Below, one piece after another: positions 59,211 to 64,000 of a stretch of DNA of 64,000 nt. The translations under genes and the position numbers were made by a program. Each line of letters starts with the position of its first letter. Positions within the stretch are counted from its first letter, which is position 1. The notes under the pieces were generated by a model. That model ran no database searches. It saw nothing but the letters and a program-made list of their open reading frames with translations, and had not been told where the DNA came from. This DNA is from Ranitomeya imitator (taxonomy: Eukaryota). The stretch spans positions 545,724,001 through 545,788,000 of the forward strand of contig NC_091286.1 of NCBI RefSeq assembly GCF_032444005.1, given 5' to 3'.

Positions 59211-61523
59211 TCAGTGTAGATGCATCCTTCTCTGCTGGTCAGGCTGCTCAACACCAGCACAGGAGTATTGCCAGTGCACGGCACCTTCAGGACTCATAAA
59301 GTAGTCAGTGAAGGATTCTCTCACACGCACACCAGAGTTGGACGGCCTACCCAGACCCCCGTTGTCAACTGGATTAAATACTGGCTGCTGGTACTCCACA
59401 TCAACGTCAGTGTTGTATTCACGAGCATAGTTGTGGAGTACACAGCAAGCCTTTATCACAGCATCAACGGTGTCTGTGTCCAACTGAATGGCAGTGTGAA
59501 AGATCCTCCACTGACTAGTCATGATCCCAAAGGTGCATTCCACATATCTGCGTGCACGACTCAGCCGATAATTAAAAATCCTCCGTCGGGCATCCAGTCC
59601 CCTTCGTGGGTATGGGCGCAGCAGGGTTGTCGTTAAGGGAAACGCCTCATCCGATACCATCACGAACGGCACTGGATGTGTGGAACCCGGCAAAGGTCGT
59701 GGGGCTGGGAGCGTGCCGCCATCTCGAAGAATTTGCATCCCAATCTGTGACGTTCGCAACACCCGAGAATCCCCAGTACTACCATAGGCACCAACGTCAA
59801 TGGCAACAAATTTGTAATGGGCATCAGCCACCGCCATCAGGACCACTGAAAAATACTTCTTATAATTAAAGAAGCGTGATCCTGATCGTGGTGGCTGCTG
59901 AACCCGAACATGTTTACCATCGACTGCACCTATGCAGTTTGGGAAATTGGCCACAGACTGAAAGCCTGCTGCAACCTGCAGCCAAGTCTCCTCGGTTGGG
60001 GAAGGCATCACCATGGGCTGCAACTTCTGCCAGATGACGGTACATGTACACCTCACAATGTTAGAGATGGTAGATTTACCAACTCTAAATTGGAGGTGCA
60101 GGGATGTATAGCTCTCTCCTGTGGCCAAAAATCTGAAAAGAAACAAAAAAGAAAATTAGAAATGTCACACAAAAAGGTAATTACAACATGTCACAAGTTA
60201 AGGCCGCTATTATATGCGTCCAGCACCATTCAATAATGCTGGCATTAACACCCAGCACAACACAAAGGGTGTAAAAAACATTAATAAAAGGCCTGATGGG
60301 ACTTGTGCACACACGCATGCGAGATATGACCAAATGTTGCATGGTAATCCCCGGACCTGCTGCATGCACTCCGTTGTGGAGCGTGCGGCTCCATGTATTG
60401 GTATGTGGGTGCAGACTCCGCTCCAGAGTGCAGGCGGCAGAGCCGGGGTTTACCATGCAACACTCGCCCGTATCTCACGTGTGTGTGTGTATGTGTGCCC
60501 CCTGTCCAAAAAGAGGACTGGGTGGGTTTAATCACACATACTGGACACACACACAAGTAAAATACAGACCTAACAACATTCCCCCCAAAAATTGTTACTT
60601 ACCGCAAGGTGATGAGCAGCCTTTCTTCAGCAGAGATGGACTTCCTCATCACTGTGTCTTGCAGTGTTAAATGGGGTGCCAGGATGGTAAGCAGTCTGTC
60701 AAAGGCAATAATTGGTAACCGACAAAACGATATAAATTTTTCAGGATATCTGAAAATTGCAAAAGAACAACAAAAAAGGGTTACTTCACAAGTATTGCTA
60801 GCCAAAAAAGGTAAATTAGTCATTCTATATATTTCTACTTACCTCCTCAAATCATTGTACAGCACATGAAAGTGCCCCTTCTCAGTTCGGTCTTCTACAA
60901 GCGGGTGCACCCACAATCGTTTCTGCACACGTCTTCTCGGCCGCCGCTAAATAGAAAAATAAAAAAATATTTCGTAAACACAACAATTAGAAAAATATAT
61001 CAAACATGCAAGGAAAACAATGTCGATTATGTAAGGATACGTGTCCACATTCAGGAAGGCCCACCCCATTCTAGTACGCAATGATGCCAGATGTGTTCAT
61101 TGTACAAATCCAGCATCATCACACCCGACGTATAGGGTCCTCTTTTATTCATTGCGGAGCCGCAGTTTCACAACAAGGAACACAGACATGCTGTGATCAT
61201 AAAAGACGCGCAGCATGTCCGGAGTCGCAGGGCTGACGGATGACACACAGTGGACACGTGATTTCATGACATCACCTCCAGTATGCTGACATGTGGACGC
61301 TGCATGTTTGGCGCTGCGGCCACACGCAGCGCCAAACATACAACGTTTCCAGAATGTGGACAAGTACCCATAACCCAATATATAAAACAAACAGACATCT
61401 GCTTACCTGACGTGCATGTCGATTCAGAATTAGAAGCATCAACCCCAGGATCGCAATCCGGTGTGGCGTGCGGAGCTGGATCCGTGGGCTGTCATCTGGA
61501 CGACGCTCTGCACGTCCACTCAT
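59211..61523 (-). CDS. Harbinger DDE transposase (HARBI1/DDE_Tnp_4-like), 429 aa; exons 61523-61407, 60946-60843, 60749-60603, 60132-59211
   Basis: GT-AG introns with phases 0, 2, 2; N-terminal RRPRRRVQKRLWVHP...LYNDLRRYPEKF; catalytic AVDGKH, VSDEAFP, RRYVECTFG; 1290 nt with no stop. Confidence 0.92.
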
Positions 61524-61665
61524 TTTGATGTGTAAGTTCCAAAATGGAGGATGGAAGAAGAAAAGGGTTGGACAAGGAAATGACATCATTTTTTTTTTTT
61601 CTTCCCCCCACTGCAGTAAACTTTATTTCTGTCAAACACAGACAATCTGCAGACAAAACTGCATC

Positions 61666-61737
61666 AAAAAACGCACTAAAAAACGCACTAAAAAACGCAC
61701 CAAAAAAACGCACCAAAAACGCACCAAAAAACGCACC
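61666..61737. repeat. Six tandem subterminal AAAAA(A)CGCAC[TC] motifs
   Basis: The exact reverse complement AGTGCGTTTTTT sits just inside the left TIR (54163-54174). Confidence 0.85.
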
Positions 61738-62620
61738 TGCGTTTTCTGCAGAGACCTGCGGTTTCAGTCAGGAAAAAAAAAGGATGGAAATCCTGAACGT
61801 GTGAACATACCCTTACAGTAAAGAATCACCATTAAACCTTCTTTCCTCTAGAACAGGGATGTCAAACTCAAATACACAGAGGGCCAAAATTAAAAGCTGG
61901 GACAAAATTGTGGGCCAACCTTGATATTTATTAAAAAGATGTTTACACTTGAGGGCGTTATTCCTTATCATCGAATATAACAATGAGTTTTTTTTAATGT
62001 GGAAACAAACTTAAAGGGGTTGTCTCACGAACAAAGTACATTTTAGTTAATAGATCTTAGAATAAAATATTGGAATAATATGTTATGTAAGAGCAGTTAA
62101 AAGGATATGGCCCAATGGCCTAATTTAAAAAAGTTATCACAAAGGATAGAAAAACTTATAATAAAAAGTATGATGCAAACAAAAGTGCCCCCAAACACAG
62201 TATGATACACCCACAGTGAATTCCTCCATGCGCACGGGGTGAAACTGAGTCACTTCTCATGGGCAAGCAGTGAGACAGGGTAGTCAGGAGGTCCGAGGTC
62301 ACTTACCAGGAGGGCTCGAAGTACAGAGGGATAAGTCAAAGGCATGGTCAGGAAACAGTCCAGGGTCAAATGCTAGGAGGGTCCATCAAAACCAGGGGGC
62401 ACAACAAACATATAGTCAGAAGCCTATTCCAGGGTCAGACAACTAAAGTCAGAGTATCAAAAGCAGTAGGGAGAATCCACATGAGAAGTCACAAAAAACC
62501 CTATGTCTGGCACCAGGGTCAGAGGAAAGAGATACAGCGCTAAGCAAACACATCCAGCTTAGGCAAAGCTACAACTGACATTGCACAGTCCGTGAAAAAG
62601 GTATGCGGGTGGCACTTGCC

Positions 62621-62666
62621 ACAGGCTTGAGAAAGGTTCACATCTTTTTGGGCCGAAACGTCGCTG
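62621..62666 (+). ncRNA. Candidate minimal type I hammerhead ribozyme in a Penelope-like end fragment
   Basis: Core UUGAGAA(A), 6-bp stem II GGUUCA/UGGGCC, GAAAC, then GUC cleavage triplet at 62660-62662; stem I is weak. Confidence 0.5.
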
Positions 62667-62823
62667 CTAAGATGGGCTAATTAAATATATATTTTTTTCA
62701 CTACAAACGGTGTGCTGCCTCTGATTTTTGGAGCTCTACAATTGAGGTTTGATATCTGCATGGGGGGCTCTGCACCCTGACTCTCTTTTCTTTTGTGCTG
62801 CTCTTGTTTTTCCTTTTCTAGAT

Positions 62824-62826
<3 letters not shown>

Positions 62827-62897
<71 letters not shown>
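62827..62897. repeat. (GATA)n microsatellite
   Basis: About 18 perfect tetranucleotide units. Confidence 0.97.
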
Positions 62898-63066
62898 GCC
62901 GGCAAGTGCTTGTTACCTGGTAGCAGTCATATGTGTAAAGTCCTAATCTTATAGAAAACTTCCCGTCTTGCTCACTAGTCTTCCCTATTTTCTAATTCCC
63001 ACATAGCTTCACATTATTAAGTGTACTCAGCAGTAAATGCAATAAGACATATAACATGATACTTAC

Positions 63067-63243
63067 CAAAATGCCCCCAAAACAGATACCTTGGAAATAC
63101 CAGACATAATTTGTGATCTGATTGTTGGCAGCATACGTGTTCTCCCCATTTGGAAAGTATAGCAGGATATTCACAACAATGCTCCATACGGCCAGAGGAA
63201 TAACAGCAAGAATGGAATATTCTGAGCAATTCTTAAGAAACAT
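63067..63243 (-). CDS. tm4sf18: TM4SF18 coding exon 1
   Basis: MFLKNCSEYSILAVIPLAVWSIVVNILLYFPNGENTYAANNQITNYVWYFQGICFGGIL, then GTAAGT; 177 nt. The L6-family signature NILLYFPNG and the WSI.VN / TNYVWYF.GICF pattern are those I recognise from TM4SF18. Confidence 0.92.
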
Positions 63244-63468
63244 CTTTGAATAGCAACGAACTAATAGACAGAGCGGTCGGGCTTGTATAACATCACTATG
63301 GTTTCTGCAAGTGGTTGAGTAAGTGGACAAAGCAGCAGCTGAACGAGCAAGTTGCTGGGAGATGAACCAGCACACACAATCGCTGACTCACAAACAGTAC
63401 AGCAGACACATAAGTGACGGTAGTATTTATGGGAGATCTGGACTGAAGAAGAAACCGCAACTACTTAA

Positions 63469-63900
63469 AGGGAACCGTCACCCCCCCGCCCCCCCCAGGC
63501 GTTTGAAACTAAAAGAGCCAACTTGTGCAGCAGTAATGCTACATTCTGACAAGATGGCTCTTTTAGTAATTGGTGCTGTAACTGCAGAAATAATCAGTTT
63601 TGTAATTTGTCCTAAATACCTGTCTTCAGTCCTGGAGGCAGGCCTTTCCCCCCTGCTGCAGACGCCACACAGCTGTCGCTCAAGTCTTCTTGGCGCCGGG
63701 CGCCGCCTCCTCAGCGCTGTTTTGAAATCAGCCGGCGCCTGCCCTCTTTTGTCATGCCTGGGGCAGGCGCAGTGAGCGCTGCCCGTCTGTCCTCATATGC
63801 AGTCTCGCTGACTGCGCCGGTGCGGCCGCCCTGCCTGTGAATCCCAGCCCCACAGTGCGAATAAATCAGAAGACACTGCGGGGCTGAGGGCCACATCTTC
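63469..63900. mobile_element. Probable TTAA-flanked (Kolobok/T2-type) MITE, right end not located
   Basis: TTAA-AGGGAACCGTCA start at 63465; GC-rich internally palindromic body. Confidence 0.4.
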
Positions 63901-64000
63901 TCACTCCCCGTTCCTCCCTGGTCCTGTGTGGACAGTGGGTGTCTGTGTAAAACTGCACCAAGCTGACCTTTCGTGCCCCCATGGGGTGCAGAACGTTGGT

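Larger units (their letters stand above)
54149..61812. mobile_element. Full-length autonomous-looking PIF/Harbinger transposon (7664 bp)
   Basis: TTA TSD (54146-54148 and 61813-61815); TIRs GGCCATGTTCACAC / GGGTATGTTCACAC; MADF and DDE transposase genes in convergent orientation. Confidence 0.9.

Noticed and set aside
61145-61390. Alternative first exon of the Harbinger transposase
   Set aside because: Ends in TAA with no good donor; exon 61523-61407 has GTAAGC in the correct phase.

Overview
Vertebrate genomic DNA, most likely from an anuran amphibian (inferred from the gene and transposon families). The window holds one host gene, tm4sf18, on the minus strand: five coding exons (63243-63067, 53861-53766, 48951-48809, 19388-19208, 18742-18728) give 203 aa, and about 90% of its 43.9 kb of intron is attributable to bounded transposon insertions. 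The main elements are: (1) a 25,048-bp hAT transposon (22008-47055, perfect 8-bp TSD GTTAGTAC) carrying a BED-finger hAT transposase broken by one homopolymer frameshift, a ~16.3-kb 122-bp satellite with higher-order structure, and two other arrays; (2) an apparently intact 7.66-kb PIF/Harbinger element (54149-61812, TTA TSD) with two convergent four-exon genes (MADF protein and DDE transposase) and a telomere-like TTAGGG array in a MADF intron; (3) a nested Tc1 > chromodomain Gypsy > non-autonomous hAT stack (5865-17886) showing a self-priming PBS and a Tc1 excision footprint; (4) further Tc1 copies, CR1 LINE pieces, Harbinger-type MITEs, minisatellites and a candidate hammerhead ribozyme. 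No rRNA, tRNA or CRISPR features were found. Coordinates were counted by hand and family names come from motif recognition, not database searches.
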